Part shown: positions 23,851 through 37,678 of the stretch, piece by piece
Layout of the letters: each line of letters opens with the position of its first letter
Numbering within the stretch: position 1 is the first letter of the stretch
NCBI RefSeq assembly: GCF_006345805.1
Contig: NC_042999.1
Location: 151,280,001 to 151,344,000 of the forward strand
DNA from: Octopus sinensis
Taxonomy: Eukaryota
Length of the DNA stretch: 64,000 nt
Reading direction: 5' to 3'
Notes under the pieces: model-generated
Databases searched by the model: none
Seen by the model: only the letters and a program-made list of their open reading frames with translations
Told to the model about the DNA's origin: nothing
Made by a program: the position numbers and the translations under genes

Positions 23851-24884
23851 ATCTATATATATAAAACGGTGAATATGTGTCTGTCTGTCTGTGTGAATCC
23901 CTAAACCTTGAGAGCTACACAACCAATTTCATTTAAATTTTACACATGCCTTACTTAGGGTCCATGTAGTGTCAAGAGCCCTCAGCAATATCATATCTTC
24001 TCCACTATTTCAGTATTACGTGTTAAAAGTGATACAAAAACATCTCTCTATTGTAATGTCAGATACTTTCACTTTAATACTGAAACTATTAAAGTCAAAC
24101 TATTATATAAGAGAGATGAACCATTAACAGTGGACATCCATTTTTCTAGAAGAAGATCCGCTATGATCTTATATGCTACACCACTGGTTTTCAATTCATA
24201 TCAATCAAATTAATATTCAATTTCCCACCCTTATTATTTTAAATTTAAATATAAACCGAGGACCATGTGTTTTAGAACGAAGTTTGTTACCACTCAGCCA
24301 CACATGCACCAATGTATATGTGTGTGTGTGTGTATAGCTGTATGTGTATACACTTCTATACATATAGATATATATGTATACATGTATGTGTAGATGTATA
24401 TATAGATGTACATGTAATATGTACACATATATATTCCCATATATACATATATACACACATACACGCATACATAGGTGCAGGTGTGGCTGTGTGGTAACAA
24501 ACTTCGTTCCAAGACGAATGGTCCTGAGTTCCGTCCCACTGTGAGGGGATTTGGTATGAATTGTGTGTCTGTCTGTCTGTGTGAATCCCTAAAAAATGAG
24601 AACTACACAACCAATTTCATTCAAATTTTACACATGCATTACATAGGGTCCATTGGGCTCACTGTCCACGGCTACGAGACCACAGTGAGCGCTATGGCGG
24701 TTCGGTTCGGTTCGGTTCGGTTCAAGAATGAAAATCAATTATATAGAGAGAACTACAGCGCGAAAGCAACATAAAAAAACACCAACTCTTCCTCAATTGT
24801 TGGCAGTTTTACCTACTCTGCATTGCAACAATATGCGTCTTCGTCAAAGAAATTGCTCCCCTAAAGCAAATTAAATCAAATTTG

Positions 24885-26760
24885 AGATCTACCAGGATCT
24901 CTACTCACGAGAGACCACGGTAGCTGAGGCTGCAATCGAGGGTGTCAAGATCTTGCCAGTCATGTGTGAACTTGACAGTCTGTCATTTATAGCAGAGCTC
25001 ACCAAGGCTATTGACTCCCTAGCAAGTAACAAGGCTCCGGGAAAAGACGGCATCCCCTTAGAGATCATCAAAACCGGCAAAAACACCATCCTGCTTCGGC
25101 ACATTCATGAGCTTCTGTGTCAGTGCTGGGAAGAGGGTACAGTCCCTCAGGATATGCGGGATGCTAACATCATTACGCTTTACAAAAGGTGACCGTGGTG
25201 ATTGTAACAATTACCGTGGAATATCTCTTCTAAGCACTGTTGGAAAGGCCTCTGCTCGCATTATCCTGTCCAGGCTGCAACTGATTGCTTCTCGAATTTA
25301 TCCAGAATCGCAGTGTGGCTTTAGAAGAAGCAGATCAACTATTGACATGATATTCTTCAAACACCAACTTCAGGAGAAGTCCAGAGAGCAGAAAATGCCA
25401 TTATATATGACTTTCATTGATCGGCCGTTGACTTCAAGGCCTTTGACTTGGTAAGTAGAAATCGGATGTCCACCAAAGCTGCTGAGGATCATCAAATCTT
25501 TCCATGATGATATGCAAGGCACCATACAGCACAATGGTTCAACATCAGCCGCCTTCCAAATAAAAATTGGGGTAAAGCAAGGTTGTGTCCTTGCTCCTAC
25601 ATTATTTGGCATCTTCTCGCTGCTGCTGTCACATGCCTTTGAGATATCAGATGATGGAGTATTTCTGCACAGTAGAAGTGATGGGAAACTATTCAATCTG
25701 TCGCGTCTGCGTGCCAAGACTAAAATCAAAAGCTTCTGATCAAGGAGATGCTATTTGCTGATGATGCCGCTCTGGTATCACACACAGAAGAAGCCCTACA
25801 AAGGCTCATCAACTGTTTTGAGCAACTTTGGCTTAGTTATCAGCCTCAAGAAGACCAACATCATGGGTCAGGCTACATCGGACATCCCAAACATACATAT
25901 TGGAGACCACAGACTACAGGAGGTGGAGAAGTTTACCTGTATTGGCTCTACCGTTACCTACAACCTATTCCTTGATGCTGAGCTCAATATACGCATTGGC
26001 AAGGCAGCTGCTGTGATGGCCCAACTCTCCAAACGGGCATGGGACAACAATAAGCTGACCAAGACCACAAAAATGAAGATTTACCAGGCATGTGTACTTA
26101 GCACTCTACTGTATGGAAGTGAAACTTGGATGCCATACACACGCCAAGAGCGTCGCCTAAATATCTTTCACCTGCGCTGCTTCCGGAAAAACCTTCGCAT
26201 CAAATGGCAGAATCATGTCCCCAACAAAGATGTTCTCAAGCAAGCAGGAATACCAAGCATGTTTGCACTCCTCACACAAAGACGTATGAGATGGCTTGGA
26301 CATATTAGCCGTATGGAAGATGGCAGAATCCCCAGGGACATACTCAACGGAGAGCTTGCTAGGGGCATTAGGTCTCTGGGAAGACAGTTCTTACGATACA
26401 AAGATGTTTGCAAAAGGGACATGAATGCAGGCAATATCAATATTACCAACTGGGAAGCAGTTGACAGCAGCCGTGGAGATTGGCGACGTACCGTAAAAGA
26501 GGGAACACAAAGGAGTGACATAGAGAGAGAGGAGAAATGGAAAGACAAGAAAAGACGTCAACAAGAAACTATGACATTACAACCAGCCAGGCAAAGTCTT
26601 CGCTACATTTGCGGCACCTGCCAGAGGGAGTGTTTATCCAGGGTAGGGCTACACAGCCACAGCAGGAGATATATTAGGACATGAAATGTAAAAGCCGGAC
26701 TAGATTATTTTATGCGCAACTCCATTGTCTCCCGAAACAAAAAGGGTGCCAACAACAATA
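24885..26760 (+). mobile_element. 5'-truncated, frameshifted RTE-clade (BovB-like) LINE
   Basis: Successive ORF pieces carry NKAPGKDGIP, DCNNYRGISLLS, YPESQCGFR, GVKQGCVLAPTLF, LFADDAAL, RMRWLGHISRMEDGRIP and a C-terminal YICGTCQRECLSRVGLHSH zinc finger. It ends in a short (CAA)n tail. Confidence 0.9.
25755..26684 (+). pseudogene. C-terminal 309 aa of the RTE ORF (thumb region and C2H2-like finger)
   Basis: ORF track shows LSTLLYGSETW, RWLGHISRM and C-x2-C...H-x-H. The upstream RT portion is broken by frameshifts and stops. Confidence 0.8.
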
Positions 26761-27093
26761 TATATGGATTTCGTAGACAGGAACTGAAACAAATCAATCG
26801 TATATATATGTATATATATAAGTGTATGTGTGTGTCTTTGTGTCTGTGTTTCGCCCTCATCACTGCTTCACAACTGCTGTTCATTTATTTACATCCACAT
26901 AACTTACTGGTTTCACAAGAACAAACTAATAGAATAAGTACTAGGCTTATCAACATAAAAAAGCACTAGGCTGTGTCTCATATTTTTGTTTGCCCACTCA
27001 GTTGTATCTATCAATTTATCTTTGTATGTGTGGTGTGTGTGTGTATCTATCTATCTATCTATCTATCTATATATATATATATATATTATATAT

Positions 27094-27144
<51 letters not shown>

Positions 27145-28370
27145 CACCCTAATGGGCCTTAACTCCCAAATTTTAGTCATTTCTTTTATGATCAAAACTA
27201 GGTCAAAAGTACTGAATGTATCTTTATGAAATTTTGAAATTATACTCTATGCATAACCCCCATAACAATTCATATATTTTTGCTGTTGATGAAATTTTAA
27301 CCATAGATATTAGACACAAATGAAGTAATATTTATAAAATTTCATCTTCTTACAAAGTTAGAAGGATCCCTCCATGGGGACTTAACATCTACAATTTTGT
27401 CATTTTATCTAAGCAAAAACGAATACAGTTGTGCTCTTGGAAGCTGTAGGGTTACCCGAGCATAAAAGTTGGGCATTATTTCTAATTCAATGGTACAACA
27501 GTGTAACAGTTTGCTTTGACATACAGTTACATTGTGATTTCTGCACCTCCACTGATTCAGTTGCAAAGAGTTGAGTAAAGTTATTTGATTGCAGACCTCC
27601 TTTCAGTCTTTTTATTATCACTCGGTCACACAGTCTCCAGATGGTAACATTGATTTCAAGGCCTTGCCAGATGAGTGACTGGTTATTCAAAGACATTTAT
27701 AGATTTTAAATTTATTCTGTCCAGTTACGTATCAGTATAGTGGTCATTTGCAAACTCCAGAGGTGACACTTTAATTTCTCCTTAGCCCTCACGTCACACA
27801 GTTGTTAATGTTGATTTCAGTTGCTATAGATTCGTAATGCATCTTACGACTGTGCCTGTCACCTGGATGGTGAGGAATTCTACATTGGGAGTGATAACGA
27901 CTAGGGTAGGGTAGCTGACTGCTTATTGTGATCATTCGTCTTTTGGTTTCCTGTAGCTTTGCTCTCTTTTACAAACCCAGTGAACATATATTTCCTATTT
28001 CAAAGAAATTCAAACAATAGATATAAGACCCAAGTTTAAAAAAATTTCAACAATTCAACTTCTCTGGTTGACATTAAGATGCCCACCCCCAACAGGGGCC
28101 TTAACTCTCACATTTTAGAGCTCCATGACCTTCATTTTTTAGGAGCAAAATCTTTTTAACAGGTTCAATAACGGTGGAATTTTGGAATATGCGCATAAAA
28201 ATCAGTAGTATAGGATACATGTAGCACGATTACAATTTTTTTAGGGTGTGTAAAGAGAGAAATTTGGATGAAATTCGAAACATAGATATTCCAGTTCATT
28301 ACAGAAAATATAACAGAAAAGTCTAATTCTTCAATTGAATGTAACCGGGCAACGCCGGGTATCTCTGCTA

Positions 28371-28415
<45 letters not shown>

Positions 28416-28904
28416 TCTGCTGCTTCACCAGCAGTGATAAGTCACAGGACTCAGTACAAATGTAGACTATTCATTAATACATTATAACTGGAAGGCTTCG
28501 ATTTCCAGTACTCCGAGTTGCTCATTTCCGATCAACAGCTGGTGAACAGAGCCTGGTTTTCTTTTAAATATTCATTGACTATTTTTTGAAATATGAAATG
28601 AAAGCTTGAAGGAAACGGTTATCCTTATGTTCTTTCGTTTAGAAATGTTTGTGAGGAACACGTGCAAAAAACGGTTGCTTTAAGCTCATGTTTTTGATTT
28701 CATTTCTGGTTCTCGCGGTAATATTTATTATAAACATCATAAACTTCATACAATCGAAGTCATGAAATCGCATTACTGTTTAAGCAATGTTCTAAAATAA
28801 TGCTTCGAGTTTTACTTTTAATTAATATTTTTAATTAATGATTTAAAAAATAATGAGTGCATGCGGATGTTCATTTTGCATGCGCCTCTTCAGACGCATG
28901 CGTA

Positions 28905-29146
28905 GAGACATATGTACATTCATAGACACATATATATACACAGAATTGTATATTTATGTATACATATATACATACATGTATACATATACACATATGCCTC
29001 AATTCATATAGTCACATATAAACACACACACACACACATATTAAAACTTAAATCAATAGATCTTATTAATTCAGCAAATACATGTATGCATGTATATACA
29101 TACATACATATATTATACATACAAATATATATATATATATAATATA

Positions 29147-29197
<51 letters not shown>

Positions 29198-29200
29198 CAT

Positions 29201-29270
<70 letters not shown>

Positions 29271-29403
29271 TATATATATATTATATATATATATAAATAT
29301 TAGGGAATAAACCCAAATTTACAGGGAAAAAATCAGATTTAGGATTGAATCCAATTTTATAGTAAAATTTTATAGTAAAATATATATAATATATATATAT
29401 ATA

Positions 29404-29471
<68 letters not shown>

Positions 29472-29480
29472 ATATATATG

Positions 29481-29566
<86 letters not shown>

Positions 29567-29595
29567 CATATACATATATATATAATATATATAAA
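28905..29595. repeat. Compound (TA)n/(CA)n microsatellite blocks
   Basis: Directly visible; a short AT-rich spacer lies at about 29296-29375. Confidence 0.9.
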
Positions 29596-29924
29596 AATTA
29601 GAAAAAAAAACGCCTTTTATCAATTCAAAATGAACGATTAAATTACACCATCTAGAAAATTACCTCTTCGAAGGCTTTAACAAGCCAAATTATATGTAAA
29701 TCATTACATGTAAACCGCAAGGTAATTGGTTAAAATAAAGGCTGGTTCTATGCCAGTAATATCGGTACGCCCGGTAAATCGTGATGTTTAAGTGGCATGC
29801 GGATTGGTCAAAACTGTATTCCAAAAATTCGGCTTGTTGAAGCCTTCTAAGAGGTACAAAAAGGAAGAGGTCAGTCATTTTACTCAACTGTCAAGAACTC
29901 AACTGTCAGTTAAATATATTTTGA

Positions 29925-29962
29925 AATCTGATGAATACTACGAACGTATGAAAGCGCTAATT
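29925..29962 (+). ncRNA. Minimal hammerhead ribozyme motif
   Basis: AAU-CUGAUGA-AUAC(UACGAAC)GUAU-GAAAG-CG-CUA/AUU. All core bases are present but stem I is only 3 bp. Confidence 0.5.
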
Positions 29963-30518
29963 GAACTTTATGAACATTACTAAATATTTTTAATGTTTAA
30001 CACACTTCAACATTGTAAAAGAATGTTTTTTAAATATCATAATAAAAAACGTGAAAACCAGACTATGTCTTAACTTTATCCAACAAATTCGGCAAAAAAT
30101 ATATATGTATACAGACACGCACACATACACACACATACATGTGTGTGTGTGTGTGTGTATACACACATACATATATCGAACACACACAATGTATGTGTTT
30201 TGTTAGTTCGTGTACAGGCTGCGATTTTAGGCGTAAGAGAATATATTCTCATGAATTCGCCTGGCGTTAAAACACCTGGAAGTCATAGACAAGCGAGATA
30301 ACTCGTATCATGTCCCGTCACAGGAACGATAAGCCGTAATGTTTAATACTACGTACCTGAAACGAGGCCAGATGCAAGCTAACTCTCCTTCTATGACTAT
30401 ATACAAAATTGTGTAAGAACCATCTACTGGCATGTCCCAACGTTTCATTCCACGGGTAAAAAAACTGAAATATGACTGAAAAGCAGCCCGGGTGATATAA
30501 ACAACAACGAAAACACTC

Positions 30519-31029
<511 letters not shown>

Positions 31030-31284
31030 TGTGACTTGCCAATACTGTGTACCAGCTAGACCATCCTCGGATCTCAAATTTAACCAACGAAAATGTTCCT
31101 ACAACACATCTCCAACAACCGAATTATCATTCAACAGTATGATACCCCAAATTTTTTTAACTTAACAAGGATTATATAAAACCAAGATGAACTGACAGGT
31201 ACCATAGTCCAATGGTGGTCTACTTGGCCGAAACTTCGAAGTCATTATCAATACTATTCTTGTTACAGAATTTTGTGCGTGCGC

Positions 31285-32160
<876 letters not shown>

Positions 32161-33214
32161 CACGCCATTACAAATAGCATGGCTTCAGTATTATATATTA
32201 ATGCAATTCTGCTCTTTAACTGTGTTTTGCTCTTAACTCAGCACCTGGTCTGTCTGTTTTCTGCTGTGTCTACCTACCATCAGCCAATATTCTTACACTA
32301 TAAGATATTAACATCACCAACACCTGGTTTGTCTATTATTGCTGTCTCTACAAACACTCTGTATTCATGCAGTATGAAGATAACTAACATATCCATCACC
32401 TAGTTACTGCGTTTTTATTTTGCTTCCCGTTTCCTCATATTTTTTTAGCCATAAAACAAATAAACTATTTATTATGCTTGTTTTATTTTATTGTGGTTTA
32501 GTCTACTTTATTTTATTTTCCCACACAGGTGAAATAATTAGAAAATTTGCAGTTGGTTAGGTATATTAATGCTGTACCGACTGGAGAGCAGACATTTTGT
32601 AATAACCTCGTCGTTGACTTTTTGCTACATACTTCACACGGGAGTACCTTTATGCTGACTGTCGGCTTGCTAGAAATAACAACCTAATCTCCATTAAATC
32701 CCTATATCACAATCTATCGTTTAAAAAATAAAGAACAATGTAGTCCCCCCCTCTCTCTCTCTCTCTCTGTTTAGGACATTTTCTTTTCTGTGTTCATCCG
32801 TTAAGCTTTTGCTAAAGATTGGATCAAATATTTATATTTTGACTATTTACATAATGGATCGGGCGAGGCATGCACTGACTTTAGCCTTGACAGGAAGGTG
32901 GACTGGATTATTGATGATTAAATGTCTTTAGTCATTTAGTCTTAGAGATACGAACCAGTAACCATTTGGCTCGTATTCCGATACTTTATCTACTCCAGTG
33001 GTTTTTAAAATCCAGCCCAGATCTCAAACTTGGATTTTTATGGAAGGCCAACAAAAAAAGTAAAATATAAGTCAATTAAAGAAAAAATTATTTTATTTTT
33101 AGAGGAAAGAACATCAGAGGCCGCCCGAGGGATGCTTGGGGCCTCATGCACCCTGGGAGCCGCGGTTGAGAACGGCTATTCTGCTCAGTTGTTACCACCT
33201 TTCCTTTCAGCTTT

Positions 33215-33870
33215 GTAACTGGTCAACTTCAAATGGGGATCCACAGAACACATATTAAGATCTGCTGCTCTGACTTTGTGCTGTTCCTCGACGGAGTATG
33301 CATATCATGTCAGGGAGAAATCAACTCATACCAAGAAACTTGACTCGGTTTTGAACATGCTTGCTGCCTGATCATTGATTGTATGAACCCCACCAACACA
33401 AACAACACGCATCTTCTCGTCGGTATTGTCCCTGCTATCTCGAATCGAGATAAGAAAGGCTACAATGGATGAACGTCAACCCACGACCCATCAGTTGAAA
33501 TCATGAAGAAACATTTTCAGCTGATGTCCAGCTTCTAGCAACATCTTGGGAAGAACCCAGGTTGCTCTCAAGTTCTGAATGTGGAAGCTTAAGAACGACC
33601 CTCCTCCAACTGACATGGGAACCTCTCCTTGCTAGAGATCTAACCCCTGACTCAGAAGCACCATAGATTCACTAGATGACACTCAACCACTCGAAAATAA
33701 GAATGGGATGATCAAAAGTTGCTTTAGTTAGACGGCGCAACCACCTGAGAATGTGATGAAACAGACCATACTGTGGAGCACTGCCATGTCTGCCCTCTCC
33801 TGCCCAACTTCTGTAGTTCAAAAGATCTCACAGAGCTGAACACAAATGCAAAGAACTATGTAAAGAAATG
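33215..33870 (+). mobile_element. Decayed Ingi/Vingi-like LINE 3' region
   Basis: Translates to KWGSTEHILRSAALTLCCSSTEYAYHV...STHTKKLDSVLN, and terminally to ECDETDHTVEHCHVCP. These resemble the WGA..LR..ALAL.YS.AEY motif and CCHC knuckle of Ingi/Vingi elements. Confidence 0.6.
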
Positions 33871-34433
33871 GGAACTGTCATAACCATTATGCTTCGAACA
33901 ATCGAAAGAAGAAAATTACTTTTCCTATGCCTAATAAACCGAAGTGAGCGTTGTTAAAATATATGAATATTGACTTTATATATTGAGGAAATCTATATCT
34001 TTGACTGCTACGATAATAAATACTTGTATAAATAAACATTTGTCTTTGATGTTGCTGACAGTGTTGCCAATGTTGCAAAGGTATTCAGTTTATTAATCTC
34101 TGTCAGTGGAGGTGGGGTAGAGTTCTACGTTGTAAACAGCCAGTGACTAAAGCAACTGGTTTCTTCTGTGAAACAGTGCAGGATCCTCAAGGAGAGGAAT
34201 AAAATTGAATGACGTTCCCACTTGTCTCGAGGAGAGTAGAGGCTACATTTGTTAAGGCACTTACTCCATTGACCAAAGGCTCTGGTGTTTGATAATAATA
34301 ATAGTAATAATTATGCTGTGATGCCATAAGAGCATCACAGCAAAACACAGCACATACCCAAGGCACACAAAGCTGCGCTCGGTAGTGAAGTGAAAGCACG
34401 CTATAAAACTAAAACTACTGAATAATAATGATG

Positions 34434-34503
<70 letters not shown>

Positions 34504-34553
34504 GAGGAGGAGGAGGAGGAAAGATTATCAGATTATTATTATTAATATTATTA

Positions 34554-35403
34554 TTTTTTTTCCTCTTTCAAATTTGCTTCCATTTCTTGCCGAGTGTCTT
34601 CCCGACTCCTAGGGCAAAGAAACTCATAGTATACATTGGTAGGCCATTAAACTAAACTCACTAGTTCGTTCATTTTTTTTTAAGTTAAATTAAAATACAT
34701 GGGTAGTAATAGTTCTCACATCGACAATGCTCTTCTCAATACGTGTGATGTACCAGTTAAGACAATCTTTTGCACTTCTTGCAGGGATGGTAAGCCAGGG
34801 ATCATTCTCATATAATTTTCGGCTCCCTTCTTGATCATTCCTAGTGTTCCTACGATCACTGGTATTGTAACCGCCTTGAGATGCCACATTTTCTCAATTT
34901 CAATGAGCAGGTCTTTATATTTTCTGAGCTTGTCAAACTCTTTCGCCACATTTGCCAATTTGTTCTCGTCCAAATAGGGCCTACTGTCTTGATTCCGTGT
35001 TCTCCATATACTGTAAGAGTTTGCGGTGTGTCTCTCTTGAGATGGCCTACCTAATGCATAGTAATAAGCGTATATTACTTCTTTATACTCTTCTCGGGTC
35101 CATTTGTTCCGCTTACATTTTTCTTTCTGTGGTGGTTGTGGTGGTGAACTTGGAGGGCTCGAGTTGGGGAATTTCCCGTTCAAGTGACCATCCATGTCCG
35201 TATTCGGAGAAGAGTTTGTGCCAGTTGATGACTTTTCGATCCCAGGCTGGCTCTTCCCTGGGGGACGAGCTTCCAGATTAACCATAGGACAAGCGATTTC
35301 TTTCCAAAAACATTTTGGTGCTACGATAATGTTATCATTTTTTAGCTTTGATTGGCTTGTGGGGAGACGGCCATCATTGACGTTACAATTATAATCGTCT
35401 GCC
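34554..35403 (-). mobile_element. Internally deleted R4/Dong-type (REL endonuclease) retrotransposon retaining both ends, in (TAA)n
   Basis: The ORF joins the N-terminal RNKWTREEYKEVIYAYY...WRTRNQDSRPYLDENKLAN directly to the C-terminal VAKEFDKLRKYKDLLIEIEKMW...IPVIVGTLG...TGTSHVLRRALSM. Both flanks are (TAA/TAT)n. Confidence 0.8.
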
Positions 35404-35410
35404 GTTATTA

Positions 35411-35414
<4 letters not shown>
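34716..35414 (-). CDS. 232-codon in-frame fusion of R4/Dong N-terminus and REL C-terminus (no RT)
   Basis: Open frame in the ORF track. The junction is at KLAN/VAKEF, about 34947-34955. Confidence 0.55.
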
Positions 35415-35443
<29 letters not shown>

Positions 35444-35487
35444 TATTATTATTATTATTATATTATTATTATTATTATTATTATTAT

Positions 35488-35688
35488 CATCAAGTGCTTT
35501 CACTGCGCTACCGAGCGCAGCTCTGTGTGCCTTGAGTATGTACTGTGATTTGTTGTGATTGAAAGTGTTTTACATAGGATGTGTGCGATCCCTATCTGGC
35601 CTATTGGCCTTAATTTCTTTGTCTATGTGTATTGGCATATCCCAGAATATGGTTGCTTTCTCACTTTCTGTAACCTTTTCTGGACAAA
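35488..35688 (-). mobile_element. Second R4/Dong subfamily 3' fragment with an internal deletion
   Basis: Translates to PEKVTESEKATIFWDMPIHIDKEIKANRPD, then jumps to the terminal CACACATCCTATGTAAAACACTTTCAAT segment. The tail CAAGGCACACAGAGCTGCGCTCGGTAG precedes (TAA)n, and the same tail is on the plus strand at about 34350-34420. Confidence 0.7.
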
Positions 35689-35864
35689 AACTGGCCCGAG
35701 AGAAAGCTATCCATGAAACGTCGGGCAGAGGTGGCTAACGCGTGTATTGCGTCCGTCATCTACTATCGCTTGAGCCTCGTGCCTTGTCCTGGCCTCCGTC
35801 TGATGAAGCTGGAGCGTATACTCTTCCGCTTTTGTGGAAGGAACGTTTCCCGATGGCCAGGCAG
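35689..35864 (+). mobile_element. L1/Tx1-clade RT C-terminal fragment
   Basis: With a 1-nt indel it translates to WPERKLSMKRRAEVANACIASVIYYRLSLVPCPGLRLMKLERILFRFLWK, the W..R.LS...R...N....S...Y pattern typical of Tx1/L1. Confidence 0.65.
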
Positions 35865-36135
35865 TTATTATTAGATAGACCTTTTTCTGTTGCTATTCCA
35901 TAGTGTTGGCACAGCTTCCAGTGCATATAGGTCCCAACTCTGTCGTGTCTGTGAATATATTCCTACTTAGCCAGGACTGGGCAGCCAGAGTATTGTTCCT
36001 TGTCCATCTCCACATATTCTGCAGTTAGTTGTATTTCTTTTCATTACATGTTTTTTGGTAATTTCTGGTGGAGAAATTTTTTGGTAATTTTTGGTCTTGA
36101 GTTGCAATTAAAAATCCTTCAATCTCTGCTTTTTA

Positions 36136-36750
36136 TTATTACCTCCGCCTTAGCGAAGGCGGAGGTATTGTTTTCAGTTGTATTTGTTTGTTTGTTTGTT
36201 TGTTTGATTGTTTGTCGGTGGACAAGGTATCTCAAGAACCACTGGATGGATTCGGATGAAACTTTCAGGGATGTTTGGCCTCGTGACTGGCACGAAGAGA
36301 TTAGATTTGGGGATCGTTCCGGTACTGGACAAGAATTCTGGATTATTTGTTATATCTACTTTACATGATTACGATCTTACGTTAACTTTCAAGTTTTTCT
36401 CAATTATCTCCCTTTAGGCTGTAGCTATTTTGAATTGTGAATTTGTTGACTTTGGCTTGTATTAGATAAGGATAAACTATTTATTACTGTTTCTAAATTT
36501 TCTACAGCCACCTTTACATTCCATGACTACCATTGGGATCGATCATGTACCGGACAAGGATCCTGGATTATTTTTCCGTTTTTTTTTTTAACATATATTT
36601 CGAGAGCGGTCGGGTTCATTTTTAGTATTCTCGTTTATGAGAGCAGTCGAGTTTATTTCAGATATTCTCATTTTGAAAATCATCTCCAGCAAATCATTGA
36701 GAGGACATTGGTATTGCATTGGCGGAGGTTTGCGCTCTCTGAGTGCTGTT
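36136..36750 (+). mobile_element. Helentron-associated non-autonomous element (HINE/DINE-1-like)
   Basis: Starts TTATTACCTCCGCCTTAGCGAAGGCGGAGG (a hairpin), then a (GTTT)n block and the ACTGGATGGATTCGGATGAAACTTT core. It ends TTGGCGGAGGTTTGCGCTCTCTGAGTGCT, with subterminal inverted repeats CCTCCGCC/GGCGGAGG. Confidence 0.8.
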
Positions 36751-36767
36751 GTTGTTGTTGTTGTTGT

Positions 36768-36798
<31 letters not shown>

Positions 36799-37000
36799 TT
36801 TAATCAGCATCTTTGTTACAGTCATTTTCCGAGGCACACCCAGCTTCCTGGGGCGAGAGAAGGATAAGAGATGTTACAAAATGACTGAAAGCTTAGGGAG
36901 TGGAAGTAGTGAAATATCGTCATCATTATTATTATTGTTGTTGTTGCTTTGTTGTTGTTGTTATCATCATTATCATCATCATCATCATCATCATCATCAT

Positions 37001-37542
37001 TGCCTTTGCACAGCTTCTAGCGCTGGAGATGTACTACGTTGTCAGCTGTTCACTACCAGTGAATTAAGATAAAACTCCTAATTTTTCGAGCACCTTCCAG
37101 AATATTCGAGCGGTTCCAAGTAGTGCTGTTTTCTGCAAGTGCTCCATCCTTATTGCTACTGCTACTTTTCATCGACCACAACTGCTTAACTTCCCAAGCT
37201 AACCTGTCATATCCATCGACTTCTCTTTCTTCCTTATCACATACCTTGTTGTCAGCTGGGCTCGACCACAACTGCTTAACTTCCCAAGCTAACCTGTCAT
37301 ATCTATCGACTGTTATATCTCTCTTCCTTATCGCATACCTTGTTGTCAGCTGGGCATGCTATATCTGTGATCCAACATAGTTTGCTTTTTTTCTCAATTA
37401 AGACTATGTCTGGTTTCCTATTATCTATCTCATGGTAGCACTGAATTATAAAATCCTCTTGGATCTTTGCATTATCATTTCCGATGATGCCTTCGGGTTT
37501 ATGGTCGTACCACTTTTTTGCTCTGTGAAGTCCATATTTGTT
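37001..37542 (-). mobile_element. R4/Dong REL endonuclease 3' fragment with a 90-bp internal tandem duplication
   Basis: WYDHKPEGIIGNDNAKI, NRKPDIVLIEK and CWITDIACPAD. TCGACCACAACTGCTTAACTTCCCAAGC occurs at 37172 and 37262. Flanked by triplet repeats. Confidence 0.8.
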
Positions 37543-37544
37543 TA

Positions 37545-37631
37545 TTATTATTATCATTATTATTATTATTATTAGTAGTAGTAGTAGTAGTAGTAGTAGT
37601 GTAGTGGTGGTGGTGGTGGTGGTGGTGGTGG

Positions 37632-37678
<47 letters not shown>

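Larger units (their letters stand above)
23852..28371 (+). mobile_element. Helitron termini bounding a composite block
   Basis: The 5' end A|TCTATATATATAAAA is followed by (CTGT)n. The 3' end is the hairpin CCGGGCAACGCCGGG followed by CTAG|T at 28368-28372. That both ends belong to one insertion is an inference. Confidence 0.55.

Noticed and set aside
35789-35850. CTGATGA in the Tx1 fragment as a hammerhead core
   Set aside because: There is no stem II-GAAA arrangement; it is coding sequence (RLMK).
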